Positions 22,106 through 33,834 of a stretch of 51,119 nucleotides of DNA are shown here, in pieces. The number at the start of each line of letters is the position of its first letter. Positions within the stretch are counted from its first letter, which is position 1. The stretch lies in the NCBI GenBank assembly GCA_032718475.1, contig JAUCBJ010003090.1:1-51119 (forward strand), written 5' to 3'. Under the pieces are notes generated by a model. That model saw only the letters and a list, made by a program, of their open reading frames with translations. It was not told the DNA's origin and did no database searches. Source of the stretch: Nemertoderma westbladi. Lineage: Eukaryota; Animalia; Xenacoelomorpha. The translations under genes were made by a program, and so were the position numbers.

Positions 22106-22669
22106 CTAATTATCAATATATTCTATACCTAAAGTCACAACACCAAACATTAATAAATAATTAACCAGTTTACTAAATATAGGATAATAAATGTGAAATT
22201 TGCTAGGTGAGCACATTAAAGTACATTTACCGGTATGAAAGCAGCAAATGACTATGGTATTATTTATTCTTATTTTGCAATTATTAAAAATTTCAGGTTT
22301 ATATATATCGTACATTATATTGTATTGTACATTATCAAAGACAACATAAAACCCGGTATTGTTTATCAATAACCTATAGACTACAGACTTAATACTAAAA
22401 ATATAAGTACATAAATTAACAGATTTTAAAATCAAATTAATACTAGTTTTATCAAATATATGCTTTTTTACTTTTTGGAAATTATACTTACTACCTAATA
22501 ATGTAATACGACCATTTTTAAATATTAATAATGTGGCACCAAATATCTTATATATAAACTGATTTGGTTTGAGTATGTGTTTACCAGATAATTGATTTTT
22601 TAATTCTTTCAAATTAATCACTGACACTTGCTGGCAACTTACATTCTTATTAACTATCTGATAGTTCAT
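22106..22669 (-). CDS. Divergent TATA-binding protein (TBP)-like protein
   Basis: Two-repeat TBP signature: YQIVNKNVSC...INLKEL, ATLLIFKNGRITLLGSK, YKPEIF...IVICCFHTGKCTL; 187 aa is the size of a TBP core. Confidence 0.8.
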   Translation of the reverse strand: MNYQIVNKNVSCQQVSVINLKELKNQLSGKHILKPNQFIYKIFGATLLIFKNGRITLLGSKYNFQKVKKHIFDKTSINLILKSVNLCTYIFSIKSVVYRLLINNTGFYVVFDNVQYNIMYDIYKPEIFNNCKIRINNTIVICCFHTGKCTLMCSPSKFHIYYPIFSKLVNYLLMFGVVTLGIEYIDN

Positions 22670-25600
22670 TGTTTGGCTCCCGATAAATAGGTATATTGTT
22701 TTTTTTTACGGGTTTTTCAACCTTTGTTTGATAGTGACCCCAGGGAAGTGAATGATTTTTATTAACCCAATAAAGTTTATCGTCAAATGTGCTGAGAGCA
22801 AACTTATCTCGTGCTACAGTATACACTTTGTGTAATTGACTCTGAAATTGATGCGTTTCCTTGGAAATTTCTTTGTTATCCTTATATGCTCTTAAATAAT
22901 CTTCGTGGCAAATATTTTTATCCACGACAGCTCTTGTTATTCCTTTCGCCCGTCGTATATTTTTGTTATTCCATTCCAAAATTGAATATAATTTTGGTCT
23001 TAAAAATACTGCTTGTTTAATCTCTCTCGAGCACAACTCGTCTTTACAGTAATAGAGTCTGGATTTATTTTTATCGCTGTAGAGAGGGTGATCCTTGGGG
23101 TAATTGGATGTATCTAGAATATTATTTTTAATTAAGGCTTTTAAAAAATTATTCTGCGATGTATTATAGTAACAACCTATTAAAGAGTCCGTATCTGATG
23201 CTACAATTTCAATACGACAGTTTAATTCTTTCTCAATAGGTAGCAATTTATTATAGTACAACTCATACATATCCAATTTAGCCAAGTCCAAGACAGTACT
23301 ACCTATATAGACCGGTTTATCGAGAGTTACAGAGTCTTTCACTAATAAGTGTCCCGATAAGGAATCGTTATAAATCATGAAATTTTCATGATTTATACGT
23401 TTTACCAATAAATCACATTTACTTTGGTATTCGCGATACGAAAGTTACATCGATCTCTTATCTTTTCTATCGTTTTTCCAAATAACGAATTATTCAGAAG
23501 CTTTGCAACAGCTGTTTCAATGTAACTTTTTGCTAATCGCCTTTGATTAATATTAAAATCTATATAGGGTTTAAATACAAAGTCTTGATGGAAAGAATAC
23601 AATTTATGTAGTTTAGTAACAATTAAACCTTGTTTTATATAAAATTTTAACAGTTTCAAATTTACATGATAGAATTCTTTATCGAATTGTGTCAACATAA
23701 GTTTTGGAGCACACATCTTATACTTGCTATTAGTACCTCTTTGTTTACATACATGATTATATTGTTCCCTCATATATGGTGAAAGCATTGTCTCATTTAT
23801 ACTTAAATGTTCTGGGGCTAAGGGTAGTTCTAATGTACGATCATGAATATCTTTGGGATATTTCAAATCGCAAATTAAGAAAATCCCAATATCCCCTTCA
23901 GTATCAAGATTTGTTAAATAGTTTATTAGTTCTTCTGGAGCGGCATTCTCTAAATATGTAACGTTGACTTGTTCAAAACCTGAAACAGGTAGCTTTTTAC
24001 TTAAATTACCCGAATACAAGGAATTAAAATCTATATTGAAAATATGACACTCTTCCTTGCTTGGATCATAATTATCAGTATCTGGTATATTTGATTCTAT
24101 GTAATGCTTTCGACAGAATGAAACCCCTCCTCTAATAGATGCTTCAAAATCTCTATATGTTTGGTAATCTTTTATTAATGCTAACTTACATTTATTGTAT
24201 TTCAGAGCGCAATCATAAGTGAAAGCTGCAATACTGCAATAATAAACTACTTCTAATTCGTAGTTTTGTCTACATACTCTCCTAAAGTTCTCAAATATAT
24301 CAGCGAGGAGACAAATATCGAGTTTTAAGTATGCTAAAAGATAATCCTTGAGATTTGTACACTCAAACTGACTCCATGATGCGTTGGCAAAACTATATTC
24401 CTCGGGAGTACAGGTATTTTGTGTTAATTTACTATAAAATTTGTCTATTGATGGTAATTTCGAATCATTGAATTTATTTAAATCTGTCAGATACTCGTAG
24501 GGAAATATACCTTTTCGTTTAATTGTTGCATTATTTAAATTCGGATAAAAATATTTCATTTGCTGTTCAGTAATTGGTAGAACTGATGTTATATCCTCGC
24601 TGTCTATATCCTTTGTTGAACAATCAACTAAAGTACTTAGGGAAAAGGATAAAAATTGATATGTGTCTAAGACACGTAGCTCAATCTTTGTTTTTGAGTC
24701 TTTCACCGGTATATGCATGCTTAGTGAAATATACCTTTCAGAATTTTTAGGGATCACCTTTATATCCCAATCGGAATATTTATTGTTGGTAAAACCAACT
24801 TGTAAAAGAAAATGCAAATCATAGTGATTGCAGTTGTGTGCAGCGAGTATATACATGTGTCGTTTCAACGATAAAGAGCGGTTACATGCGTTACAAGCGG
24901 CCGCTATATAGTTACCAGTAATATGTGAGTGATGTTTGTTTTTCTCAGATTTATCCTTAAATAAAACATTGCAATAAAAGCAAGTTTTAGCTTTCCAAAA
25001 ACTTAACTTATCTACATCATTAAGTATCATCTTTTCTCTCGTGTTAGTTTCCGACCACTTATATAATTGGGTGATGTCATTATATACAGAGTCTAAAAAG
25101 TCTTGAATACAGTTGTTGTCGATTGTTTTTGTAAAGGTCTTCAAATAAAATTTTGGTGGATTGATTAATTCGGTACTAGGGACAATTAAATAACTTACAG
25201 CGCATGGAATATGATTCTGAATAAATTTACTGTTGCTGGATGGCTCCAAAATAGATTCTATGTCAAAATATATTACAAACAATGCTGGTAATGTTCTGTC
25301 TAAATTTCTAAAGCTAATGTGAGTTCTTTTTTCAGATGGTAGCTTCTCAACTTGACTTTTTCCTCGATAACAAGCAAGACGGTGACATTCTAGAACATCC
25401 TTGCTGTAGGACTGAGACAAACACTGTTCACAATATTTCCTACATCTAATATGCTTACCTGCTGTATTCAACAAACGATTTAAGTTAGTTATGCAAACAT
25501 AATGTGATTGTTTTGATTTATTCTTATTTTTTACAAGTAATATATTCAATAACTCTTTATCTGGAGTGATTTTACTAAATGGTGCCTGTCTTAATATAGA

Positions 25601-26665
25601 TACTCGATTGTTGTCGTAGAGTAATAAATTAATTATATATGCTGAATTCTGTTTTTCAAAAAGTTTAATTGCAAGCTGCCATTCTGTTGGATAATCTTTG
25701 TTCCCGTTGTCAAAAATAAAATGATTCATGTAATCTGTGTACTGCGAAGTACGGTTTTTGTGATCTTTCACTTTGCTACTAAATTTTGTGGCTATAATAG
25801 CCCATTTGAAACAGTCATTATCAGCCGTTTGTATATTTATTGTGCATTTTTTAGCTGATAGAGCCTTAGGTAACACCATATAACCGTGACCTTTATATTC
25901 CAGTGACCTACACTTAGATTCAGCTACTTTAATTTCCACTCTTAATAAAGATTTAACACGCCATCCTGAGCCACGAGTGTTAAATATGGCTATTCTTTGC
26001 ATTAATTTTTCTAGTACATACTCAAACCATGTGTCAAAACTTTCATGTGAATCTACGGTATTAACTGCACCACCTGAAGAACTAAAATAGAAAGTTTCTT
26101 CTTGGTCTCCCTCTGAAAAATGTGATCGATACATGAGTATATTCACACCTAGCCAGGTTCTAAGTACATTCATTTCGCTAAGTTTTCCTAATAATAACGT
26201 TTTGATGTGAGGTAGAATGTGAACTATCGATGAATGAATATCAGGAAAATCTTCATCATTCGGAAGATTGTAAACATAGATTTCTAAACGGTTATCATGT
26301 GCGGCTCGTTCGAGGCTAAAAATTGATGGACCTTGACCAGATTTCAGTCTTTTTCTAGATGCGACAGTATTGTTTTGGTTCCGTTGTGGTGGTCTAACAT
26401 GATAATAACGTTGGTGACAGTCGTGATGTAAATAATTCTCATATAAATACTCTTTATTACAAGTAGGACAAGTTTTTTCATACACGCAAAACTTCATTTC
26501 TTTACATCCCGTAGTTGATTCATGTCGTTTGCATATTTCTTCACGTGAACATTTCACTCGACAATTAAAACAATTGTATTCTTGAAAATGTGATTTCAAG
26601 TGAGTTAAATAATTTCGTTTAGAAATTTGAAGAGGACAAAATGGACATTTCAATTGTTTATCCAT
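22650..26665 (-). pseudogene. polB: Protein-primed family B DNA polymerase with N-terminal Zn fingers and endonuclease VII-like insert; 1-nt frameshift at ~23423
   Basis: Exo motifs IYFDIES, HNCNHYD, YLKLDI; RKGIFPYEY; motif A IDFNSLY, motif B KLLNNSLFGK, motif C SDTDSL (in 22650-23408), FLRPKLY, RAKGI. Confidence 0.95.
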
Positions 26666-27208
26666 CTCTTTATTATCCTAAAAACAATTTAAAATTAATA
26701 TGAATATTGTTATATATATAATCAAAAAAAATTCATAAGCTACTCAACATAAATAAAATATAATATCTAAACTTTAATTAATTTAATATTTTCAGAATGA
26801 GCTCGATTGAATCAGTTGAGCTCTTTATATATATTTCAAGTTTCTACTTATACCAACCAATCATAAATAACAGTTACATTGGAAACTAATATCATAAATA
26901 AAGTTGCTTTTACAACTGAATTCTTTATAATAAAATCAAGTCTAAACCAAGATGTGCATAATACGTTTTTAATTTTCATTGATAAAGTAGGTTTTACATG
27001 CTAATGTTTTATTATGGTGGTGTAATCTCACGCATTTACATGGGAATGTTTTTATACCTAATCCCGTGCTTACATTAAACTATCACCAATATTTACTCAA
27101 TAAAGTCACCTTTACATGCAAATACTTTATAATAATCATGCTTTGTGTTAAAAAGTTACCTTTACTAGTTAGTGTGAAACTGAAAAAAAGTCTCTAGTTA
27201 ATAATAAA

Positions 27209-27953
27209 TCAATCTGATACTGTTTTTATATGTTCCTTATTGTAATCTGCTACCTCTTCACTTGCTTTTGTAACTTTTATTTTCTTTGTAGGTATAGAAT
27301 CATTGTTGTGAATGGAAGATGTTTGAGATGTAGATCTGCACTTTCTATCACTCGATGTCTCTTCGATGTATGTCTTTGGATTAAATGTAGATGAAACTAC
27401 TTCTGGAAATGACTTATTAACCTTAAACTTCCAAGTTGGTTGATATAGAATCGTGAAACCGTCTGCTATATCAGTTGATGAAACCTTTAACATCATATCA
27501 TAGAGAAACTCTATATGTGGTATGTCTTTATCGTAATGTAACTGTAAATATTTGCTTTCCTTGTCTGTAATAATTACTTTTTTTTCTTGTACATTTATTT
27601 TTACTTTAAGTCGGTCAGATAAAGCTTTATCGCTCGTATCTAGCTCTGAAAAGACACCTTCGTTACTAATTTCATAATTCCATTCATACCACAATGAATT
27701 TACTTCCGATGCTGTTAAGTTAAACCCATTATAATACCTAAGACCAATAGCATCAGAATATCTAGCTGAAATCTCCCATAGTCCCATATAAGTCGTTCCT
27801 TTATATTTGCTTACAAAACCAACAAAAGATGGGTTGGTTAAATTAACAACAGAACACTGATTTATTATTTCGAGTGGTGGTGATAACAATTCTAATATTT
27901 CTGTCTTACTCTGAAGCAATAAATTAATGAGTGATTTGTTTAGAATTTGACAT
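27209..27953 (-). CDS. PC4/Sub1-like ssDNA-binding protein (start possibly frameshifted; ATG at 27953)
   Basis: FVSKYKGTTYMGLWE...YNGFNLTASEVNSL parallels the PC4 pattern VxxFKGKVLIDIRE...KGISLNPEQWSQL. Confidence 0.55.
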
Positions 27954-28043
27954 TTGCCTTGCTTCTGAATATATACGTTTTCAGTAATAACACAGGTGGA
28001 AATATTTAACTTTCCTCTTGTAAATTCTATATTAGGATAAATA

Positions 28044-28253
28044 TTACCTCTTGAAACTGATGATTCCTTTTTGTCGGTTGATTAATATTTCTAAGATGTC
28101 TAGAATGTAGAGTGTATCCCAGTAAGAGAAGCATGTTGTTACATTGCTATCGCTTGAGTGTAATATAAAGTACTTGCCATAAACAATACTACAGGTATAT
28201 TTATTACATGTAAATTTCCAAGTATTGTTTGAACTTTTTTTAAATAAATCCAT
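28044..28253 (-). CDS. Small hypothetical protein (69 aa)
   Basis: ATG-initiated, co-oriented with the polB block, CATATAAA ~70 nt upstream; no family recognised. Confidence 0.35.
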   Translation of the reverse strand: MDLFKKSSNNTWKFTCNKYTCSIVYGKYFILHSSDSNVTTCFSYWDTLYILDILEILINRQKGIISFKR

Positions 28254-29109
28254 AATTAGAATGAAAACTATTTTGAAAAATAAAAAACTAAATAAATGAT
28301 TATTAGATTGTAAAACTTCGGTTTATATGCTTGCTTTATTACAACAGAGTGACTTACAGTGAATAATATAGTAGTTTCGTGTAACAGATGCAACGTGTAC
28401 AGCTAAAATTATTACATTAGCGTGAGTTAGAGAGTGAAATAGCAGTAACGAGTAACAGATGCAACGTGACCAATTTTAGTCCTATCAATCTAACTTATAT
28501 TCAACTTAGTTGACCGACCAGTCACATATATACATCGATAAAAGAAATCGATTATTATTAATAGTCGAATTAATGTATTCTATGCTATAGTAATTATGTT
28601 AAGAGACTAGAAGCTATTTATAAACATCTGCTACCAGTGATGAAGATGAAGAATTCAATGACTATGGTATAACTCAGATATTTATTGCCTTTTTCTCTCG
28701 TGGTTGGATGGAAGAGTGTGTGGAGAATTGTGGTAAAACACTAGGGTACAGCAACGTGGACAAGTAGCGAGTGGGTGGATAGGAAATCATTGAGTTGACA
28801 ACAATCAATCAATAACAAACAACACTAAAGAGAGAGAGAGGGAGAGAAAAAAGTGAAAGGAAGAGTAACCATCATAGCTACGGTAGGTATACGAATGAAT
28901 GGTTAGGTTAGGCTTCGTACTGTACAGTACAATATCAAATCATATCATCGATTGAATATTTTGTTATAACTTGGATATTTATTGCCTTTTTCTCTTGAGG
29001 TTGGGTGGAAGAGTGAGTGGTGGGTTGTGAGGAGTTATAACGGTCCCGAGTTCGAACCCAGTTGAATATTTTGTTATCTGAAAAATTGCAAAATTAATTT
29101 AGTTACTGG

Positions 29110-29692
29110 TGAAAAATAGTAGAAGTTACCTGTAGACACCTCTAGCATCTGTAAAATAAAGGTTGGTGAATATGAAAATACTGGTTGCTGAAAAATAGCG
29201 ATTTGAAAAATAGTAGAAGTTACCTGTAGACACCTCTAGCATCTATAAGATAAAGGTTGGTGAATATGAAAATACTGGTTGGTGAAAAATAGCGATTTGA
29301 AAAATAGTAGAAGTTACCTGTAGACACTCGTAGCGCCTGTAAAATAAAGGTTGGTGAATATGAAAATACTGGTTGCTGAAAAAATAGCGATTTGAAAAAT
29401 AGTAGACGTTACCTGATGCTAAGTGTAGACACCTCTAGCGTTTGTAAAATAAAGGTTGGTGATTGGATGCAGTACTAGCGTTGGGTGACTAATAACGCCT
29501 CTAGCGGAATAAGCGGGAACTTGAGAAGTTGCCATGGTTACGAATAAAATGCTGGCATCTGATTGGTTGAAATAATAACGACCACTGGTAAAGGATGAAA
29601 TGGTGGCTTCTGATTGGATGCAGTACTAGAAATGGACGGTAATAATGGGCTATGGGTGACCGTGGCGTGGGGGGCTACAAACATATACTACT
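29110..29692 (-). repeat. Right TIR of the Polinton, with ~3.5 copies of the 94-bp unit
   Basis: AGTAGAnGTTACC recurs at 29118, 29212, 29306 and 29401; reverse complement of the left TIR. Confidence 0.95.
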
Positions 29693-31354
29693 GTCTTACA
29701 CGTTAAACAATTATTTACATACAGTAGCTAGGCCCGTCTCTTCAAACTGGACGTGCGTTCGTATTATGCAAACACGTGCTGCTTTATTGAATAAAGAAGC
29801 ACACATTAATATAAATAGAAATAATACTTAAATAATAGTAATTTAAGTTGTTTCCAGGTTATTGATTACTTTGCAGCGTTCCGTCCTATAAGCCGCAACG
29901 CTGAAAGTAGTACATGGCAGCGTTACGAGTAATTCACCAGAACGCTGTTAAGTTCACATAATGTAACAAAATACTTTAATTATATAAATTGGTACTTTTT
30001 TTGTTGCTCGTACAGCGATATATTAGTGGTACAAAGTAAATTAACTGTAGTATTATACAATATTGCTTCCGTAGTTACTGCAATTCATATTATTGTACTC
30101 TTTAACTCCTGATGCTGCCTTACTCAATGTTAAAATAATTTAGTGTTCTCGAATATTTATTACGTAACTAGAGAGCCGCTTAACAACATAAACCAATATT
30201 GGATATTGAGCTCCGTTTTGGAGTACGCCGGGCAGACACTAAATTTGTCATTACGTGCAAACCTTTTCTACGTCAATGCGCTTTGAACACATTTAATAAA
30301 ATTAAAGAAATTCCACCAAAAATATTTTATTTTATTTTTTTCGCCGGGAATAAAGTAAATTCAATGCAATCCTATGTGTGTTACTTTTTTCCCTAGGGAA
30401 GAAAAGTGGGCAAATTTTTCTCCCGATTTGGTCTATATTCGAGCGAAAAAGTAACAATTTAAGAATACAATACTTTAATTATAGGAGATGCGATTACTAG
30501 TGATATGTGGTTGAAGTACGCGATGGAACATCCAGAAGCGAATATGAAATTCGCTAGGAAACCGAGTAAGAAACACTACCCGAAGACGGCTAGAGATTTC
30601 TATGAGATTGAGGTTGATCTAATGAATGAGGTTGATCAAATGGATGAGGTTGGAGAAATGTAACACTGTAATATACAACATAAAAACACATAATTGAATA
30701 CTGACTAGACCCAAATCAGGTCGGGTAATGTCACACTTTATAATATGATTACAGACGAAAATTTTTTTTCCGAGTGAAGTAAAATAAGTTATATTAGGGC
30801 TGCAATCTTACAATGATACGCGTGATTTTTAGGCTACAACTGCAAAAGTGTGTCACAAAGTGCTGAATGGGTGGGTGTGAATCCTGGCTAAACTGCAAGA
30901 AAAATAATTACTGTACAAGGTCAATTTATTGAAAGGTTTATGTGAAATAGGAGACATTATTATTATACAGATCCTCACAGTTTTTGGTCGCGAGTTCTAG
31001 CCCCAGAAAAGGAACAGCCTAATTTTGTTAAACTGTTAGCTCTATGGAACTAGCTTCAACTCACCTGTACTGGGAACATGCATGGTAATGGCTGGGGAGT
31101 AAATTAGGGAGGGGGGGTAAAGAAATGGGTTGCATATAGTGCATATAGAAAGCATTTGGGTTTGGAAGTTAGTGTGGCGACCTCTCTTCAGTACAGGTAA
31201 CATCCAAAAGTTTTCCTTATGTTTTACGGTGATTACTTAGGGTTTCTATGCGAGGAGTACATTTAGGATTCCAATTCAGAGAAGTACATGTGTTAAATTT
31301 CCTACTGATCAATATTTTCACTGTTTTCCGGGTAATTTACAGTGTTTTTCATAT

Positions 31355-31430
31355 GTTTTCCTAGTGTTTTACTGTTTTCCTAGTGTTTTACTGTTTTCCT
31401 AGTGTTTTACTGTTTTACTAGTGTTTTCCT
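31355..31430. repeat. 19-bp minisatellite, ~4 copies
   Basis: CTAGTGTTTTACTGTTTTC repeated. Confidence 0.8.
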
Positions 31431-31457
31431 AATTTAGAGTCATTCCAATCGGTACGG

Positions 31458-32208
31458 CAGAGATGGACACGTGCCGGTTTTTCACGCCCCGGGCCCGTTA
31501 ATTTTAATTTTTCTAAACATTACATCATAAAATTAAATTTTAACTTTACAATTTACATACACTGATTCCAAATACAATCAGTTTGTTATCGTGAGTCACT
31601 GTTCTGGTTGTTTGTGCATTAGAAATCTCGAAATATACCATATATACACACGTTATGTAGGTCTGCCATGTCACATTATGTTTGTTGTTTAAAATGAAAT
31701 AATGTGCTTGCTTTATCGTTTTAGTTTCGATTGTTTTTTTTTCGATGAATATTATACTTAACAACTGTCAGACTGTGTCAGAGAGTATCTAAATTTCGAT
31801 TCAATTATGTATTTATAAACAAAATTAAATTGCAAATCAACATCTGGTTTTAATTGAATGGCCTGGTTACCTGTTAGATGGTAACCTACGTATGAGTCTG
31901 TGTACCTTCTAGAGGCTCTACTTAAGTAATACTGTATGTATGTGAGTCTGAGTATGTAGCAAAGGTACATTACAAAGTTAAATAAAGGCACAAATAAATC
32001 ATGAAACAACCCTAGTTACAGGAAAATTAAATATAGATATTTAATTTAATTTTGTGTTAAAAAATGTGAACAAAAATTGTCATATTACTGTGTTATGTTA
32101 ACTGGATAATATAATTATTCAACAATAGCGGGCTTTCCAATATTTAGAATACGGCTCAAGCCCGGCCCGACCCGGACAGCGGGCAAGCCCGGCCCGTGTC
32201 CATCTCTG
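31458..32208. mobile_element. Non-autonomous hAT element (751 bp)
   Basis: 14-bp TIR CAGAGATGGACACG / CGTGTCCATCTCTG, 8-bp TSD CGGTACGG (31450-31457, 32209-32216), subterminal CCCGG repeats. Confidence 0.92.
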
Positions 32209-33834
32209 CGGTACGGTACCGTTCGACCACCAATAGGATCTGTATATATTCCTTCCTTTAATAATAAAACCTTCTTGGTCGTATAATAATGTTTCAGATG
32301 TTACGTAAACTCAACGACGCGATAATACTTCAATAAATTCTATATTAAATGGAATTGATTTAGGGAAACGCGATGAAAGGATGAAAGAAACAGCAAGCGC
32401 GATAATCTTTATTATCACGCTTGCTGTTACTTTCATAAATTCGATATTGTATAATAATGATATTTCTCTGTTTTTAATGTTATTATTAGCAAATTTTCGG
32501 GGGAACCTTTAGACAAAGTAATGTCAAATATCTAACAAAAAAATATTAAAATATGTAGATTGTTTAAATTATATGTATAAATTCTATAATACATACAAAA
32601 CACAAAATATAATTCAATTGGAGTCAGGACCCAGTAAATAAGGATTACCCACCATTAATGTATAAATAATTATATGTTTGAGTTATTAAATTAATTAATA
32701 ATTAATTTGGTGTTAATAATTAAGTTAAATAATTATATTTAGTTAATAATTAAAACGGTGAAGGGAATATATACTTATTAGTGTCATATATAACCAATAA
32801 TATTGATCGGTGCAATAATACAAATGATATTCACTTTGATATCCATTAGTGTTCATTTTAAAATTAAAAAATTCAAGTAAATTATGAGACAGGGGTGGGG
32901 GGAAACTCCCTCTCGGCGAGTAATATCTCGTCTCAATGTCAAATTATCAGTTAAGGGAAAGGAAAAATTTTACAGGGTGTCAAGTTTCTGCAGCAGTCGC
33001 GTTTCGTCAACAGTCACTTTTCGGCAAAAAAGTTGAGTTTCGTCAAGAAAGATGCTTTTCGGCACAAAAATCGCGTTTCGGCAAAAAAAATTGCGTTTCG
33101 GCAACAGTCGCGATTCGGCAAAAAAGTCGCGATTCGGAAAAAAAAAGTTACGTTTCTGAAAATGCGTTGACTGGAGAATACAATATACTATCATCAATAC
33201 GAGTAAAAGTGAAACAAGCAGGACATTATAAATAAATACAATACCGATTCAGTAGATGCCATGCTATTAAAAGTTTAGCTTCCTCGGAATAATGTTGTAA
33301 TACTGTACGTCGTGTCAACCATGAATTTTGGTGAGGCCCTGAAAGTCCTAAGTAAGAGGCTTTCCGGGCGGGTTCGTTCAATTAAAAGAGGGTGATTCAA
33401 ATGTGTACAGATGGGGACTTACGAAAAAAAAAATAAAAATAAAAAAATAAAATAAAAAAAAATATATTTGTGATCAGATACTTGGCCCATTCTCACGAAA
33501 ATTGGCCAAAATGGGTGTTTCCCAAAAATAATAATTACCTGAATATAGAAAACCCACATACATATTTTCTGAAAGCTCTTGATGTCAGGATTTTCATAAC
33601 AGTGTATCTTGGCTGATAGGATAGGCTGATGTAAGGTGTAGGAAGGCTGTCCGGTCTGAAAGAGATGAATCTGCCGTGGGTTTGTGAGAAGTATTAATCC
33701 CGAAAAGTCTTGTCTGGCTAATAAAAAATAACATTTTTTGCTTTTTTTGCCCCGTTTATACCTTATTTTGTCCCTATCGGAATATTTGCGTATTTTAAAA
33801 ATACCGCAAATCTACAAAAGAAAGGCCCTGCCCA

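Larger units (their letters stand above)
2040..29692 (+). mobile_element. Polinton/Maverick (adintovirus-like endogenous viral element), full length, multiply inactivated, ~18.0 kb after removing the nested CACTA element
   Basis: Begins AGTAGT and ends ACTACT; 6-bp TSD GTCTTA at 2034-2039 and 29693-29698; long TIRs; pPolB, integrase, ATPase, protease and capsid genes inside. Confidence 0.97.

Noticed and set aside
23402-23430. Programmed ribosomal frameshift in polB
   Set aside because: A single lost A explains it, it separates motifs B and C, and neighbouring genes carry similar decay lesions; an assembly error cannot be excluded.
32936-33235. 99-aa and 75-aa ORFs
   Set aside because: Translations of foldback TIR repeats.
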